The position numbers and the translations under genes were made by a program. A stretch of 64,000 nucleotides of DNA from Sulfolobaceae archaeon (lineage in GTDB: Archaea; Thermoproteota; Thermoprotei_A; Sulfolobales; Sulfolobaceae): NCBI GenBank assembly GCA_038893355.1, contig JAWARQ010000002.1, positions 1-64,000 of the forward strand, given 5' to 3'. The notes beneath the pieces are model-generated. The model was not told the origin of the DNA. It saw only the letters and a list, made by a program, of their open reading frames with translations, and did not search any database. Positions 17,697 through 29,812 of the stretch are shown here, piece after piece (the stretch's first letter is position 1; the number at the start of each line of letters is the position of its first letter).

Positions 17697-19190
17697 ATGG
17701 ATAGTTATGATATTAGGTATGCTATGAGAGCATTATTTGTATTAGCACCAATTGCAATAATTGTAATGTACACGGAAGCAATGTTAACTCCTTCTCTACC
17801 GGATATAGCTAATCAGTTTAATGTAAGCATATCTGATGTAAGCTGGGTACTTACAGCATACTTTGTTGCAGGAGTGATAGCAAATCCCATAATAGGAAAA
17901 TTGGGTGACATGTACGGGAAAAAAAGAATATTACTTTATATTATGGTAATATATTCGATTGCAGTTACCCTTAACGGATTTGCACCTAATTTTGAATTAT
18001 TCTTAGCCTTCAGAACACTTCAAGGCTTAGGATTGAGTATGTTTCCATTAGCATTTAGTCTTATTAGGGAGGAGTTTCCCCCATATCTAGTTCCTAGAGC
18101 CCAAGGTATAGTAAGTGCAATGTTTGGTGTGGGTGCTGCAATAAGTTTGCCTATAGCAGCATATATAGCACAGAACCTTGGCTGGGAGGCCAATTACCAC
18201 GTTGTAATACCGTTTGTCCTCATTCTCACATTCTTAGTTTATAGGGAAATCAGAGAATCCAGATATACTAACCCTAATGTAAAGATAGATTATATTGGAA
18301 TGGGAATTTTAGCATTATCCTTAGCATTACTAACAATCGCGGTTTCTAAAGCCCCAGACTGGGGCTGGACGTCTATAAACTTCGTATTAACAATTATAAC
18401 TGGTATCGTCTTATTTACTATTTTCCTATACTATGAATCTAAGATTTCAAATCCATTATTACCGATATCAGAGTTAAAGAATAGAAATGTATTTGTTGCA
18501 AATCTTGCAGCATTTGTTGCAGGATTTGCAATATTTATGCCATTTCAAGCACTTACATTCTTATTTGAATTACCAAATCCAATAGGATTTAATCTCACAA
18601 TACTTCAAACTGGAATAATAATGTTACCAGTTTCTTTTGGCCAAATGATAGGTGCATTTACTACAGCAAGAATGATAACAAGAACTGGCACTAGGCCAAT
18701 TCTTATTTTAGCATCAATCCTCTTAAGTATTTTTAACTATCTAGTAGGAATAGTAACACTAAATGGTGCATCTGCAAGTATAGAAAGTATAGTAATATTA
18801 GTATTCATGTCAATGATAGCCTCGGCAATGCTAAATGTAACACTTGTTAATGTCTTAACGTTCTCAATTGATAGAAGAAAGTTAGGAATAATGACTGGAA
18901 TGAATACAGTATTCAGATTAATTGGTGGTTCTTTCGGTCCAGCGGTAGCAGGATCAATTCTTTCTACCTATTACACTTATCTGGTTTACCCATTTACATA
19001 TAACGGCCAAGTTATTTATATAGTAAATAAGCTACCTCAAGATTATGCATTCTACTTTACATTTCTTATTGCATCAATAATCGCACTGTTTATGATAGTA
19101 ATAGGAGCATTTTCTAAAAACATAAAGATTGTAGGAGGCAGGGTTATAAATGAGGCATTAGAGGATCCAAAGAATAATAATTCTAGATAA
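17697..19190 (+). CDS. MFS transporter (DHA2-like)
   Basis: GKLGDMYGKKR, RTLQGLG. Confidence 0.9.
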   Translation: MDSYDIRYAMRALFVLAPIAIIVMYTEAMLTPSLPDIANQFNVSISDVSWVLTAYFVAGVIANPIIGKLGDMYGKKRILLYIMVIYSIAVTLNGFAPNFELFLAFRTLQGLGLSMFPLAFSLIREEFPPYLVPRAQGIVSAMFGVGAAISLPIAAYIAQNLGWEANYHVVIPFVLILTFLVYREIRESRYTNPNVKIDYIGMGILALSLALLTIAVSKAPDWGWTSINFVLTIITGIVLFTIFLYYESKISNPLLPISELKNRNVFVANLAAFVAGFAIFMPFQALTFLFELPNPIGFNLTILQTGIIMLPVSFGQMIGAFTTARMITRTGTRPILILASILLSIFNYLVGIVTLNGASASIESIVILVFMSMIASAMLNVTLVNVLTFSIDRRKLGIMTGMNTVFRLIGGSFGPAVAGSILSTYYTYLVYPFTYNGQVIYIVNKLPQDYAFYFTFLIASIIALFMIVIGAFSKNIKIVGGRVINEALEDPKNNNSR

Positions 19191-19260
19191 CTCTATATTA
19201 ACTAGATTTTCAATTTTCATAAAAAAGTATTTTTATACCTCTTCATAATTATAATTTAGT

Positions 19261-20592
19261 ATGAACGAGACAGTAGTAGTTATAGGTGGCGGAGCTGCAG
19301 GGATGAGTGCATCATCCAGAGTTAAAAGACTAAGGCAGGATTTTAGGGTAATAGTATTTGAAAAGACTAAATTTGTAAGCCATGCACCTTGTGGAATACC
19401 CTACTACATAGAAGGTCTCTTTAACGATGAGAATTTATTTATGACGTATACTCCAGATTATTTCATAAAAGAGAGAAAAATCGATATGAGGATAGAAACT
19501 ACGGTTACTGAAGTGGATTTCAGTGGTAGAGTTGTATATTACGAGGAAAATAGTAAAAGGGAAAAAGGGAAGGTGGAGTATGATTACTTAGTAGTTTCAA
19601 CTGGCGCGAAACCTAAAAAGATAAGGGGAGTTGAGGGCGATAGAGTATTTTATATACATCATCCTGCAGAAGCAAAGGATCTAAGGGAAAGATTATGGTC
19701 TTTAAATAAAGTTGCAATTATTGGGGCTGGATTTTTGGGAGTTGAGATGGCAGAAGCACTTTCTCAGGTAGGTAAAAAAGTATATTTGATAGAAATGTTA
19801 AATTACCCATTAAATAGAATGTTGGATGAAGATATGGGTAAAATAGTAACGGAGTATATGAATAAGCAAGTAGACCTCAGATTAGGAGAAAAGTTAGAAG
19901 AGGTCAAAAATGAGGGTAGAGTTGTAGTAACTGATAAGGGTAAATATGAGGTTGATGGAACTATAGTCGCAATAGGAGTATTACCAAATACTGATCTAGT
20001 TAAAGATCATTTAAAGCTAGGAGTAACCGGCGCTATATATACCGATGAATATATGGAAACTAGTGTTAAAGGAGTTTATGCTGCAGGGGACGTTGCAGAG
20101 GCTAAGAATGTGATAACGGGAAAACAAGATTGGATTCCGTTTGCACCTTCCGCGAATAAAATGGGATTTGTTGCAGGAAGTAATATTGCAGGAAGAAAAA
20201 TCAAATTTAGGGGGGTTCTAGGGACTACTATAACTAAGTTTAAAGATCTAATAGTAGCAAAGACTGGGCTTACTGAACAAGAAGCGAAAAAACATGGATT
20301 TAATGTAATAACTTCAGGGGTTATAAAGGCGAAAACAAGAGCTAGATATTACCCTGGCGGTAAGGATATTTATGTTAAGTTAATTGCAGAAGAAGGTACA
20401 TTAAGAATAATTGGGGCCCAGATTATAGGATTCGAAGAAGTATTGGGTAGAATAAATACTGTAGCAGCTGCAATAATGAGTAATATGAATGCTGAAGACT
20501 TATTCTTTGTAGAGATGGGCTACCTACCTGCAGTAACTACCGTGTGGGATCCTATAATAGTAGCTACAAGAGCTCTAATGAGAGCTACTTAG
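19261..20592 (+). CDS. CoA-disulfide reductase / NADH oxidase family flavoprotein
   Basis: GGGAAG, single redox Cys SHAPCGIPY, GAGFLG, YAAGD. Confidence 0.87.
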   Translation: MNETVVVIGGGAAGMSASSRVKRLRQDFRVIVFEKTKFVSHAPCGIPYYIEGLFNDENLFMTYTPDYFIKERKIDMRIETTVTEVDFSGRVVYYEENSKREKGKVEYDYLVVSTGAKPKKIRGVEGDRVFYIHHPAEAKDLRERLWSLNKVAIIGAGFLGVEMAEALSQVGKKVYLIEMLNYPLNRMLDEDMGKIVTEYMNKQVDLRLGEKLEEVKNEGRVVVTDKGKYEVDGTIVAIGVLPNTDLVKDHLKLGVTGAIYTDEYMETSVKGVYAAGDVAEAKNVITGKQDWIPFAPSANKMGFVAGSNIAGRKIKFRGVLGTTITKFKDLIVAKTGLTEQEAKKHGFNVITSGVIKAKTRARYYPGGKDIYVKLIAEEGTLRIIGAQIIGFEEVLGRINTVAAAIMSNMNAEDLFFVEMGYLPAVTTVWDPIIVATRALMRAT

Positions 20593-21525
20593 TAGTGCTC
20601 TCCACAGTTCAGCTATTGCTCTATTTACTTCTATTTCCCCATTAACAAATCTTCTGGCTACTTCAGAGTTCTGTAATATTTTTTTAACTTCATTTTTAAA
20701 TTTTTTATCTAAATATAATTCTAAAATTTTTATTCGCCTATTTTCTATTTTTTTACTAAATAAACCATTTGAAGAGATGTACTTGAAATGATCATTTATT
20801 ATGTTAATAAGCTCATTTATACCATCCCCACGCAAGGAAGAAACTTTTAGTACTCTTGGTCTCCATCTATTTGTATATTCCATTAGTTCATCTAAATTTA
20901 TATAATTTAATATAAAACTAAATAAAGCTTCAGCCTCAGGTTTATCTGCCTTATTTACGACATAAATATCACCTATTTCCATAATTCCAGCCTTCATGAC
21001 CTGTATCTCATCTCCAGTTCCAGGGACAGTGACTACTATTACAGTATGAGTAACATCATTAACCTCGGTATCAGTTTGACCCGCACCTACAGTCTCTATA
21101 ATTATTTTATCATAACCTAAACCGTCTAATGCTTCAATAAGCATTAGAGCCTCAGCAGAAATTCCGCCTAAATTTCCTCGAGATGCTACACTCCTGATAA
21201 AGACGTTCTCCAGAATACTTTTATCCTGCATCCTTATTCTGTTTCCCATGAAAGATCCAGAACTAAAAGGGCTAGAAGGCTCTACTAATACTACCCCTAC
21301 CCTATATCCTTCCTTTACATACTCTTCAATAAGTCTAGATATTAAAGTACTTTTACCTGCACCAGGAAGACCGGTGATTCCTATAACGTGAGAGTTCCCA
21401 GCCCTTTTAGACAAATATTTAAAAAATTCAACGCCATATTCAGTTAAATTTTCTATATGTGTTAAAATTTTTCCTATTGCAATTATATCTCCATTTAATG
21501 CCCTTGAGAGTAATTCGTTATACAT
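20575..21525 (-). CDS. meaB: MeaB/ArgK GTPase chaperone of methylmalonyl-CoA mutase
   Basis: [23 protein letters not shown]. Confidence 0.92.
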   Translation of the reverse strand: MYNELLSRALNGDIIAIGKILTHIENLTEYGVEFFKYLSKRAGNSHVIGITGLPGAGKSTLISRLIEEYVKEGYRVGVVLVEPSSPFSSGSFMGNRIRMQDKSILENVFIRSVASRGNLGGISAEALMLIEALDGLGYDKIIIETVGAGQTDTEVNDVTHTVIVVTVPGTGDEIQVMKAGIMEIGDIYVVNKADKPEAEALFSFILNYINLDELMEYTNRWRPRVLKVSSLRGDGINELINIINDHFKYISSNGLFSKKIENRRIKILELYLDKKFKNEVKKILQNSEVARRFVNGEIEVNRAIAELWRALLSSSH

Positions 21526-21931
21526 TAATGCCCCTCTTCTTCTTAACTATATTAGTAATTTTTTCTGCTATCTCTTTTATAGAGCTTCCAGGGAGAAAAA
21601 CTTCATCAACACCTATTTCCTTAAGCTTAGGAATGTCCTCTGGCGGTATAACACCACCAACTACTATACCAATATCATTTAAATTATTCTTCTTTACGAG
21701 TTCTATTATTTTAGGTATGAGTTCAAGATGAACTCCACTTAATATACTTATCCCTATTACGTCAACATCTTCCTGAATAGCTGCCCTGACTATCTGTTCT
21801 GGAGTTTGTCTTAGTCCAGTATATATTACCTCCATTCCTAAATCTCTTAAACCCCTAGCTACAACCTTAGCACCTCTATCATGACCATCAAGACCGACCT
21901 TAGCAATTAGAACCTTAATCCTTCGCTGCAA
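21518..21931 (-). CDS. Methylmalonyl-CoA mutase, B12-binding small subunit
   Basis: [15 protein letters not shown] motif. Confidence 0.93.
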   Translation of the reverse strand: MQRRIKVLIAKVGLDGHDRGAKVVARGLRDLGMEVIYTGLRQTPEQIVRAAIQEDVDVIGISILSGVHLELIPKIIELVKKNNLNDIGIVVGGVIPPEDIPKLKEIGVDEVFLPGSSIKEIAEKITNIVKKKRGINV

Positions 21932-22088
21932 GTTAATTCATTCAGTTATTATATATAAAAACTTATATATTTTACCATTGTACCCTTAAAGTTAAGTACA
22001 ATTTTAAAATGTTTTATCATAACCACTAATGAAAACCTATACAACTTGAATTTTTGAACTCTATTGTATTTTGTAAATTTGATAAAAG

Positions 22089-23195
22089 ATGTTAGTAATA
22101 GTCAGAGAATCTGGCGAGATTGGAATAAAATCCCCTTTCACCAGGAGTAGAATGGAGAATGTATTAATCAAGAATATAAAGAGTACTGTACAGGTTAGGG
22201 ATGTTTATAAAGAAGGTGGTTTAATTTTCTTAGATATAGAAGGTGATTTTAAGAAACTTTCTAAAGTGTTTGGAATAGCGTCATATTCTCCTGTTAAACA
22301 AATTGAATTTAATAATATGGAAGAAATAGTAAAAAATGCTGAAGAAGAATTTAAAGAAGTGGTAAAAGGTAAGAAATTTGCTGTGAGAGTTAAAAGAGTA
22401 GGTAATCATAATTTTACTAGTTTAGATCTAGCAAGAAGTATAGGCTCATCACTGTATAAATACTCTTCTGGTGTAGATCTTGAAAACCCTGAAGCTGAAG
22501 TCTATGTTTATGTAAGGTATAATAAGGCCTACTTATACAAAGAGGTATATGAGGGACCAAAGGGTCTTCCAGTAGGGACTTCAGGGAGGACTATAGTATT
22601 ATTTTCTGGAGGATTTGACTCACCAGTTGCAACATGGTTTATGATGAAGAGAGGTAATGTTCCTATAATTCTTAACTTTCTATTAGGCGGTAACATACAC
22701 AAAGAAATAGTGTTAAACGAGGTTAAGCTACTAAGGGAATGGAGTGGTAGTAATAGTTTGTATGTTTATTTAGTAAATGGTATAAAGGTTCAAATGAAAT
22801 TAGCAAGTGTAGAACCAAAAATTAGAATCGTAGTTTTAAAAAGGGTAATGTATAAGACTGCTGAAGTACTAGCTTCCAGATTAGGTGCACATTCTATAAC
22901 TACTGGAGAATCTCTATCGCAAGTCTCTTCACAAACTGTTTGGAATCTTGAAGCTACAGAATATGGAATATCCCTTCCTGTATTTAGACCTTTAATAGGC
23001 TTTGATAAAGACGAGATAATTAAATATTCTAAGATAATAGGAACTTACGAACTCTCTTCAAAACTTCCAGAATACTGTGTAATTTCGGCTAATTCAACGA
23101 CTAGAGCTAAGGTTAAGGATGTTATAAGAGCCGAGGAAAGTTTAGAAATCGATTATAATAAGCTTATTGATGAGGCAGAAGTTGTAAAAATATAA
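22089..23195 (+). CDS. thiI: tRNA 4-thiouridine synthase
   Basis: THUMP domain, SGGFDS PP-loop, GESLSQVSSQT. Confidence 0.92.
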   Translation: MLVIVRESGEIGIKSPFTRSRMENVLIKNIKSTVQVRDVYKEGGLIFLDIEGDFKKLSKVFGIASYSPVKQIEFNNMEEIVKNAEEEFKEVVKGKKFAVRVKRVGNHNFTSLDLARSIGSSLYKYSSGVDLENPEAEVYVYVRYNKAYLYKEVYEGPKGLPVGTSGRTIVLFSGGFDSPVATWFMMKRGNVPIILNFLLGGNIHKEIVLNEVKLLREWSGSNSLYVYLVNGIKVQMKLASVEPKIRIVVLKRVMYKTAEVLASRLGAHSITTGESLSQVSSQTVWNLEATEYGISLPVFRPLIGFDKDEIIKYSKIIGTYELSSKLPEYCVISANSTTRAKVKDVIRAEESLEIDYNKLIDEAEVVKI

Positions 23196-23250
23196 TCAGA
23201 CCTCACACGTTACATCATTTCTAGTCAGTCCGGGGTTCTATCATCCTCAC
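23194..23250 (-). ncRNA. Box C/D methylation-guide sRNA overlapping the 3' end of the inositol-phosphate synthase gene
   Basis: AGGATGA (C) - TAGAACCCCGGA - CTGA (D') - ATGATGT (C') - AACGTGTGAGGT - CTGA (D). Confidence 0.78.
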
Positions 23251-24243
23251 AAACTCTTCTAACCTTCTTCTAGCTTCAATCAAATTATATTTTATTGGTG
23301 GGTCTTTAAAATAATATCCGCACACATCCGAAATAATACCGCCTATACCCTTATCCTTAGCAAGTTTAGCAATTCTTATAAGATCAATTAGAGGAGAAAC
23401 AGCATTAGGAGCATCAAAAGTCTTTAAGGAGATTGTCATTGATATAGGAACTCCAAAACCGTAAATCCCTTCTATGTATATATATGAAACTCTTCTATCC
23501 TTCAGAAACTTAACGTAGTCTGAAGTTCCTGCAACGACTTCTATATTATCGTCTCCCATAATGTAAGAAGACTTTATCTCCTTTTTCCTTTCCTTTCTCC
23601 ACTCCTCTAAAGTAACGTAAGCCTCAGTCGTTCCTGCAATGTCAATTTGATAGCTCCTTAACACCTTAACACCCCTAGATTTTAAGAAGTTTATTAATCC
23701 CGCATGAAAGATTGTACCACCTATTTGGCTAAGCAAATCATCTCCAAATAATGGTAATCCTTTTTCCCTAAACTCTTTATCTAACGTCTTTATCGGAGAA
23801 GGTGTAGCGTTAATAAATGCACAATTTGCCTTTAAAGCTTCCAAAGCATAAAATCTACTTGCTTGATCCGCGCCAGTAGGTAATAAATTTACCACAACAT
23901 CTACTTTATTTTCTCTAAGAACTTCTGCAACATCTACTGGTCTTTCTTCCGATTCTTCAATAATTTTAGAGAGAATTCCAGATTTACCGTCTAAGGTAGG
24001 CCCCCTCAGTACTATAACATCACTTTCTACGTTCACATATTTAGACACAACATTTGGCTCGGAAAAAATTGCCTCGGAAAGCTTCTTTCCTACCTTTCTT
24101 TTATCTATATCAAAAGCTGTAACGATTTTTATTTCACTAGGCTTTATTTTGAGATCAAGAATTCCATAAAATTCTCCTTTTTGTAATCCTTGGACTAAAG
24201 CGGAAGCAACATTACCTACTCCAACTAATGCAACTCGGATCAT
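23221..24243 (-). CDS. myo-inositol-1-phosphate synthase family protein
   Basis: [28 protein letters not shown]. Confidence 0.88.
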   Translation of the reverse strand: MIRVALVGVGNVASALVQGLQKGEFYGILDLKIKPSEIKIVTAFDIDKRKVGKKLSEAIFSEPNVVSKYVNVESDVIVLRGPTLDGKSGILSKIIEESEERPVDVAEVLRENKVDVVVNLLPTGADQASRFYALEALKANCAFINATPSPIKTLDKEFREKGLPLFGDDLLSQIGGTIFHAGLINFLKSRGVKVLRSYQIDIAGTTEAYVTLEEWRKERKKEIKSSYIMGDDNIEVVAGTSDYVKFLKDRRVSYIYIEGIYGFGVPISMTISLKTFDAPNAVSPLIDLIRIAKLAKDKGIGGIISDVCGYYFKDPPIKYNLIEARRRLEEFVRMIEPRTD

Positions 24244-25619
24244 GATAGGACACCATATATTAACGGTGCAATTAATCCTAATACTAAAATTAAAAATCCT
24301 GCTACTATAACAGCAGTTCTTTCACTCGATCTCACTATCTCAACCTCCCCTTCTCTGAAAATCTCCCTTATAGGCAATATATAGTAACCTGCGGATATAG
24401 CACTCATTAGGACTCCTATTATGGTTAACCAAGGATATGAAATTGTAGAAGCAAAGATAAATAATTTACTCCAAAAACCTAGAAGCGGTGGAACTCCCAG
24501 CAAACTTAATAGTAATAGGATGCTGGACGCTGTAATTAGCCTATCTTTAGAAAATCCTCTTAATCCCTCAAATCTTGAAGTTCCAGCGACTTTCTCCACG
24601 TAGCTCGTAAGCAAGAAAAGTCCTGCTTGTGCAATTGAATATGCTAATAAGTGCAGTAAGATCCCTGCTACTGCTATATTAGATGGTAATACGGAAACAC
24701 CTAGTAAAATAAATCCTACTTGCGCAATACTGCTATAGGATAACATTGCTGATAGTTCCCTCCTAGAGAAAGCTATTACATTGCCATAAATTAGACTTAG
24801 AATTGCGATTACAGAGAATAAAATTAAGACAACTGTATTAAATACAGAGTAAGTTGAAGAATTTAGGAGATTATAAATGATTCTTATTAAGGGCACAATT
24901 CCTATGAATTTACCTATACTTGATATGAACGAAACGGCAACCCTATCTGCTAATATATATACATCAGGTAGCCATCCTTGGAATGGAAATGCACCCATTT
25001 TAAACAGGAACGCAACACCCAGAAATACTATGCTTATAGGGAGAATATTTATATAAGATATACCGGCAACTGATAAAAGTTGTAAAGAGCTACTTGCTAA
25101 GATATATAACGAAAAGCCTAATATCATAAATGAGCTGGATATTAAACCCATTATAAGGTACTTTAGACCTGCATCTCCCGATAATAGATCTTTTCTCAAT
25201 ACAGAAATTGCATAAGTTGCTGCAGAGCTAATAGCCCAAGATATTATTATTAATACTATGTTATTGGAAAATGATAGGAAAATTATTCCTAATAAGGTTA
25301 ATAGTATTAGTGATATTAAAGAATTGGCAGTTCTCCAAAGCCTTATGTGATCATAGGAGCCAACAACAACAATTATTGAGCTAATTATTGAAGTTATACT
25401 TAAAAAATATCCTAATTTATCAATTATAATTATATTATCAAATAATAAAACATCTGTTAGACCTAAGCCCCATGAAATTGACAACGAGATAACGGAGATT
25501 ATGCAAGTTACTAGAGATGTTATAATAGCTATCTTGAAATTAGTATAGAGTATGAGTATTGAAGATATTGTTAAAGATATAGTAGGAATACCTATTGCAA
25601 GGACCTCTGTTAGGTTCAT
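24240..25619 (-). CDS. nuoN: NADH-quinone oxidoreductase subunit N
   Basis: [22 protein letters not shown]. Confidence 0.9.
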   Translation of the reverse strand: MNLTEVLAIGIPTISLTISSILILYTNFKIAIITSLVTCIISVISLSISWGLGLTDVLLFDNIIIIDKLGYFLSITSIISSIIVVVGSYDHIRLWRTANSLISLILLTLLGIIFLSFSNNIVLIIISWAISSAATYAISVLRKDLLSGDAGLKYLIMGLISSSFMILGFSLYILASSSLQLLSVAGISYINILPISIVFLGVAFLFKMGAFPFQGWLPDVYILADRVAVSFISSIGKFIGIVPLIRIIYNLLNSSTYSVFNTVVLILFSVIAILSLIYGNVIAFSRRELSAMLSYSSIAQVGFILLGVSVLPSNIAVAGILLHLLAYSIAQAGLFLLTSYVEKVAGTSRFEGLRGFSKDRLITASSILLLLSLLGVPPLLGFWSKLFIFASTISYPWLTIIGVLMSAISAGYYILPIREIFREGEVEIVRSSERTAVIVAGFLILVLGLIAPLIYGVLS

Positions 25620-28600
25620 TATAATACACCCATGATAATTAAAATTATTAAAAGTAAGGCTAGGCCTACTATATACATTCCAATATATTCTCTCAATATT
25701 CCAGTTTGAAATATACTAACCATTCTTGACCCTAAATTAATTATCTTGCTAGGTAATTTAACGTTAAGAGTAATATCTATTACATTGGTTTCAAATTTAT
25801 TAAATATTATATTAAATGCCTTATATGATAATTCACCTAATTTATCGAATATAGGATTGAAATACCAGCCGTAATACAAAATTTCTGATAGATTCCTTAC
25901 TCTGCTTCCAATTTCTATACCTCTACCATAAATCAAAATTGCAACCAATATACCTAGCATTGAAGCTACTAGCTCTAAAACCCCATACCCTAACTCGATT
26001 TCAGAACTCGTTATAAGCTTAATAGTTTCCAATAATGGTATTGTATAGATTCCTAATACAATAGACGCTATAACTAAGAAAAAGGGAGAAATAACCATAG
26101 CTGGATGTAAAGTAGTTTCATGAGGCTCTTCACCATACTTCCATGCAAAGGTCTTTATAAAATACCTAAAAATATACAAAGACCCTAGGAACTCTACTAT
26201 TATATAAATCCAGTAGAGTAGACTAATATTGGTCGATAACTCCCCTATCAAATTATGAGCAAAAAAGCCTATTGTGAATGGTATATTAGCTAGGTTTAAT
26301 ACTGCAATTAATTGCAAAATTGAAACTAAGGGGAACTTCCTAAAGATATTATGACCCACATATCTACTCTCAGTCAAATGTATAACTGAGCCGGTATTCA
26401 TGAATAAAGTAGCCTTATATATACCATGCGAAATCATCTGTATTAGTCCAAAAGCTATTCCTAGATATAATAATTCCTTATTATTTAACGCGTAAGCCAA
26501 AAAACCTCCTAATGACGATGAAAATATCATTAAGCTTATCTGATCCGCAGTAGAATAAGCTAAAATAACCTTCTGCTCATTAGAGCCTAAAGCATTAAGG
26601 CTAGTGTAGATTGCAGTAAATCCAGAAATTATCACCATGAAGAGTAAGAATAAAAATGTTTGCGAGTCTGCTACGTTTAAGAACGGATAGAAAATAAATG
26701 TAAATATTGCACCTAGATTCACCATTGTCGCTGCATGAATTAACGCGCTAACAGGAGTGGGACCAGTCATTGCAGTTAGTAACCATTGAGTGAAGGGAAA
26801 TTGAGCACTTTTAGCTAGTCCTCCTAATGCCATTAGTATTAGGATCAGCCAGAAGTAATTGAAACTATATCCCGAACCTACTGCTACAAATAGTGAATTA
26901 TATATATCAAAGGAGTTAGGTAAGATATAAGATGATTTTGATATTAAATATAATAAAAATCCTAAACCTATTAGCAATCCAACATCTCCAATTCTCGTAA
27001 ATACTAGGGCCCTTATACCGCTTATTGTAGGCTTTGAAACGTATTCTATGCCGAATATCCTCCTTCCAAAATCTCCTACTACATTCTTTTCATTATCATC
27101 AAGCCAATAACTTATTAAAGCATAAGATGCTAGTCCAGTCCCTTCCCACCCTGCCATAAATAAGAGAATATTATCAGAATATACAACCATTAGCATAGAG
27201 GATACGAAAAGATTAAATAAACCCCAATATCTCCTCAGCACTCTGTCTTCCTTCATGTAACCTATGCTGTAAAGTGCAATGAAAAAGGATAGTGAGCTTA
27301 CGAAAAGTCCAAGAATTGCCTGAAGTAATGAGGATGAAAACGTGAAATAGGAGAAGAGGTTAAATGAGGACTGTGGCAAATAAAATTCGCCATTATAGTT
27401 AAGTAGAGTATACCCAAGATTTACTCCAGCGAGAAGTGCTGAAACTCCAATTAGTAGGGTCGATAATCCTCCTCTTAAATCTTGATGTTGTCTTGGAATT
27501 AATAACGATAATAATGAACCCAGTAACGGAATTAGTGAAATTACTGCGGGTAAAGGATTATAAGTATTAAATGGCTCTACTCCTAATATATTCGTAGAGT
27601 ATGTTAGGAAGTTAGGAAAGAAAAAGAAAAGTATACTAAATGACGAAATTAATAGCATTGGTAGAGTATATTCTAGAATCTTGTCATTTATTATATTTAA
27701 GTTATTTACACCAGCATATACTTTCTTAAATAGGTAAGTTGCATAGCCTGCAGATACTCCAATTGAAATTAACAACAAGATAAAGACTATAATAAATAAG
27801 GGGAAATTAATTACAGCTAAAGCACCAGCGGATAGTAATAATAAAACCTCACTAACTAGTCCAATAGTAGGGGGGAGTCCTAAGAGATTTAAGATCCCTA
27901 TGAACGATAACGTGGTATGGATAGGAGAGTTTAGATATAATCCACCTAGCTTTTCGATGTTTCTATTATTAAGTTCAGTAATAGTTGCACCTGCACTCAT
28001 AAAGAGAATTGCCTTTCCAAATCCATGCGAAGCATATATTAGTACTGAAGCAAGAATTCCTAAAGGTAACTCTGTAATATTATTGCTCAATCCAATGTAG
28101 TAAGAAATTGATGCACCTAATGCCATATAACCCATTTGTGAAACACTCGAATACGCTAAGTATCTCTTAAAGTCCTTCTGTGCTATCGCATTAATACCTC
28201 CATAAATCATGGTTATTAATGCCCAGATGATGAATATTGGAGACAAGTACGAAAGATTAGGGAATAAGTAGAAGTAGAGTATTACGACAAAAACACCTAA
28301 GCCAACCATATTAGGACTCAATAGGACTGAGATCGGAGTTGGTGCTTCACCATGTGCATAGGGTAGCCATATATTAAAACCTGCAAGTGCAGCCTTAACA
28401 AACATTCCAATAATTCCAAGAATAAATATTAGAGGAGCATAAGATACATTACTGTAGTTAAGTATCGTAAATGAATCTTGATAAATATCCATCCTGCCAG
28501 TCTGAATTCCTAAAATAAGGATTGATGATAAAGTCAGTATAGTACCGACATGGGTCCAGATAAAATATAGAAGGCTAATCCTTCTTCTGTCCCCATAACC

Positions 28601-29035
28601 GTATAGTAAGATAAGCCCAAAGGAAGTTACTAAGGCTATTTCTATAAAGATATAAGCCTCAAGTAGATTAGTCGAAAGAACTGTATAAAGCATAGATATA
28701 GAAAATAACGTATATAATCCATAATATATCCTCCAACTACCGCCTCCTAATTCATGAAATCTTACTTCCATATATCTTAAGGAATATATCACAGTTAGGG
28801 AAGTGATTATTAATATCGTAATAATAAATGGAAAATTAAGATAATTCACTACAAATCCGAAACTACCTATTCCACTTGAAACTGGAAAAGTAAAGAATAG
28901 ACCCTGATTTAAAATAAAAAATATATTTATTAATATACTTAAAGCAGACAAAATGGAGTTTATATTCTTATTATTTGAGAGGAATATTAAAGCGGCAACT
29001 AGGAATGATAAGATGAAAACTATTAGGGGTAACAT
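25619..29035 (-). CDS. Complex I antiporter-like subunit, NuoM-NuoL fusion
   Basis: N-half WLPYAHGEAPT (M type), C-half KSAQFPF..WL..AMTGPTPVSALIHAATMV (L type). Confidence 0.9.
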   Translation of the reverse strand: MLPLIVFILSFLVAALIFLSNNKNINSILSALSILINIFFILNQGLFFTFPVSSGIGSFGFVVNYLNFPFIITILIITSLTVIYSLRYMEVRFHELGGGSWRIYYGLYTLFSISMLYTVLSTNLLEAYIFIEIALVTSFGLILLYGYGDRRRISLLYFIWTHVGTILTLSSILILGIQTGRMDIYQDSFTILNYSNVSYAPLIFILGIIGMFVKAALAGFNIWLPYAHGEAPTPISVLLSPNMVGLGVFVVILYFYLFPNLSYLSPIFIIWALITMIYGGINAIAQKDFKRYLAYSSVSQMGYMALGASISYYIGLSNNITELPLGILASVLIYASHGFGKAILFMSAGATITELNNRNIEKLGGLYLNSPIHTTLSFIGILNLLGLPPTIGLVSEVLLLLSAGALAVINFPLFIIVFILLLISIGVSAGYATYLFKKVYAGVNNLNIINDKILEYTLPMLLISSFSILFFFFPNFLTYSTNILGVEPFNTYNPLPAVISLIPLLGSLLSLLIPRQHQDLRGGLSTLLIGVSALLAGVNLGYTLLNYNGEFYLPQSSFNLFSYFTFSSSLLQAILGLFVSSLSFFIALYSIGYMKEDRVLRRYWGLFNLFVSSMLMVVYSDNILLFMAGWEGTGLASYALISYWLDDNEKNVVGDFGRRIFGIEYVSKPTISGIRALVFTRIGDVGLLIGLGFLLYLISKSSYILPNSFDIYNSLFVAVGSGYSFNYFWLILILMALGGLAKSAQFPFTQWLLTAMTGPTPVSALIHAATMVNLGAIFTFIFYPFLNVADSQTFLFLLFMVIISGFTAIYTSLNALGSNEQKVILAYSTADQISLMIFSSSLGGFLAYALNNKELLYLGIAFGLIQMISHGIYKATLFMNTGSVIHLTESRYVGHNIFRKFPLVSILQLIAVLNLANIPFTIGFFAHNLIGELSTNISLLYWIYIIVEFLGSLYIFRYFIKTFAWKYGEEPHETTLHPAMVISPFFLVIASIVLGIYTIPLLETIKLITSSEIELGYGVLELVASMLGILVAILIYGRGIEIGSRVRNLSEILYYGWYFNPIFDKLGELSYKAFNIIFNKFETNVIDITLNVKLPSKIINLGSRMVSIFQTGILREYIGMYIVGLALLLIILIIMGVL

Positions 29036-29036
29036 A

Positions 29037-29321
29037 TTATTTCACCTCTAAATTTCCTCTATTTCTAAAGTAGAGGATAATTACGGCAACTGCAACTACA
29101 ACTTCAGTTAGTGCTGCACTTATTGCAAATATCGAGAAAATTATTGGATCATAAGTTAAGCGTATTAACAGCGAAGCAGAAAATAAAAAGAGTATTGAGG
29201 CATTTAGTATTATCTCAGACGATAAGAGAATTCTAATTATATTCCTACTATTTAAAAGCCCATATATACCAATCCCTATAAGGAGTATTGATAGTGAAAT
29301 TCCTAATTGCCCAAGTTCCAT
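29037..29321 (-). CDS. nuoK: NADH-quinone oxidoreductase subunit K
   Basis: [16 protein letters not shown]; start corrected to the ATG overlapping the nuoJ stop. Confidence 0.88.
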   Translation of the reverse strand: MELGQLGISLSILLIGIGIYGLLNSRNIIRILLSSEIILNASILFLFSASLLIRLTYDPIIFSIFAISAALTEVVVAVAVIILYFRNRGNLEVK

Positions 29322-29812
29322 TAATCCCGCCTCGCTATAGAAATAGCCTCTATAATGGTGGTTATAAGTGCTATTATAATTACTATTATAGGAAACCAAT
29401 ATTTTGCTAGAAGATCAGTTGAAAGTGATGTTAAGTTTATAGCTAACGGTGCAGAAATAGAACTTTCCGATGGAAGATTTGTAAGCACTGTTACAAGTAT
29501 TAGAGCAGTAACCACTACAGCAACAAATGGAGCCCATTTTACCTTAGCTTCCTTTATTAGTATTCCCCTAAACATTACGAGGGATAACACAAGGAAAACT
29601 ACCGTAGCACCTACATAAAGAAGTAAGTGTATTACACTATAAATAGCAAAAGTTGGTGATAATAGTGCTATCAATACTGCTATGGAAATTCCTAAAAACG
29701 CAAGGCTAACTGCAGAGTAAAAGACGTTTCTAGAAGTTACTATATAAATTGAGGATGCGACAGAAAATGCAGCAAATATAAAAAATAGTATATCTTCAAT
29801 CTGAAGGGACAT
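29321..29812 (-). CDS. nuoJ: NADH-quinone oxidoreductase subunit J
   Basis: [10 protein letters not shown], operon position. Confidence 0.88.
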   Translation of the reverse strand: MSLQIEDILFFIFAAFSVASSIYIVTSRNVFYSAVSLAFLGISIAVLIALLSPTFAIYSVIHLLLYVGATVVFLVLSLVMFRGILIKEAKVKWAPFVAVVVTALILVTVLTNLPSESSISAPLAINLTSLSTDLLAKYWFPIIVIIIALITTIIEAISIARRD

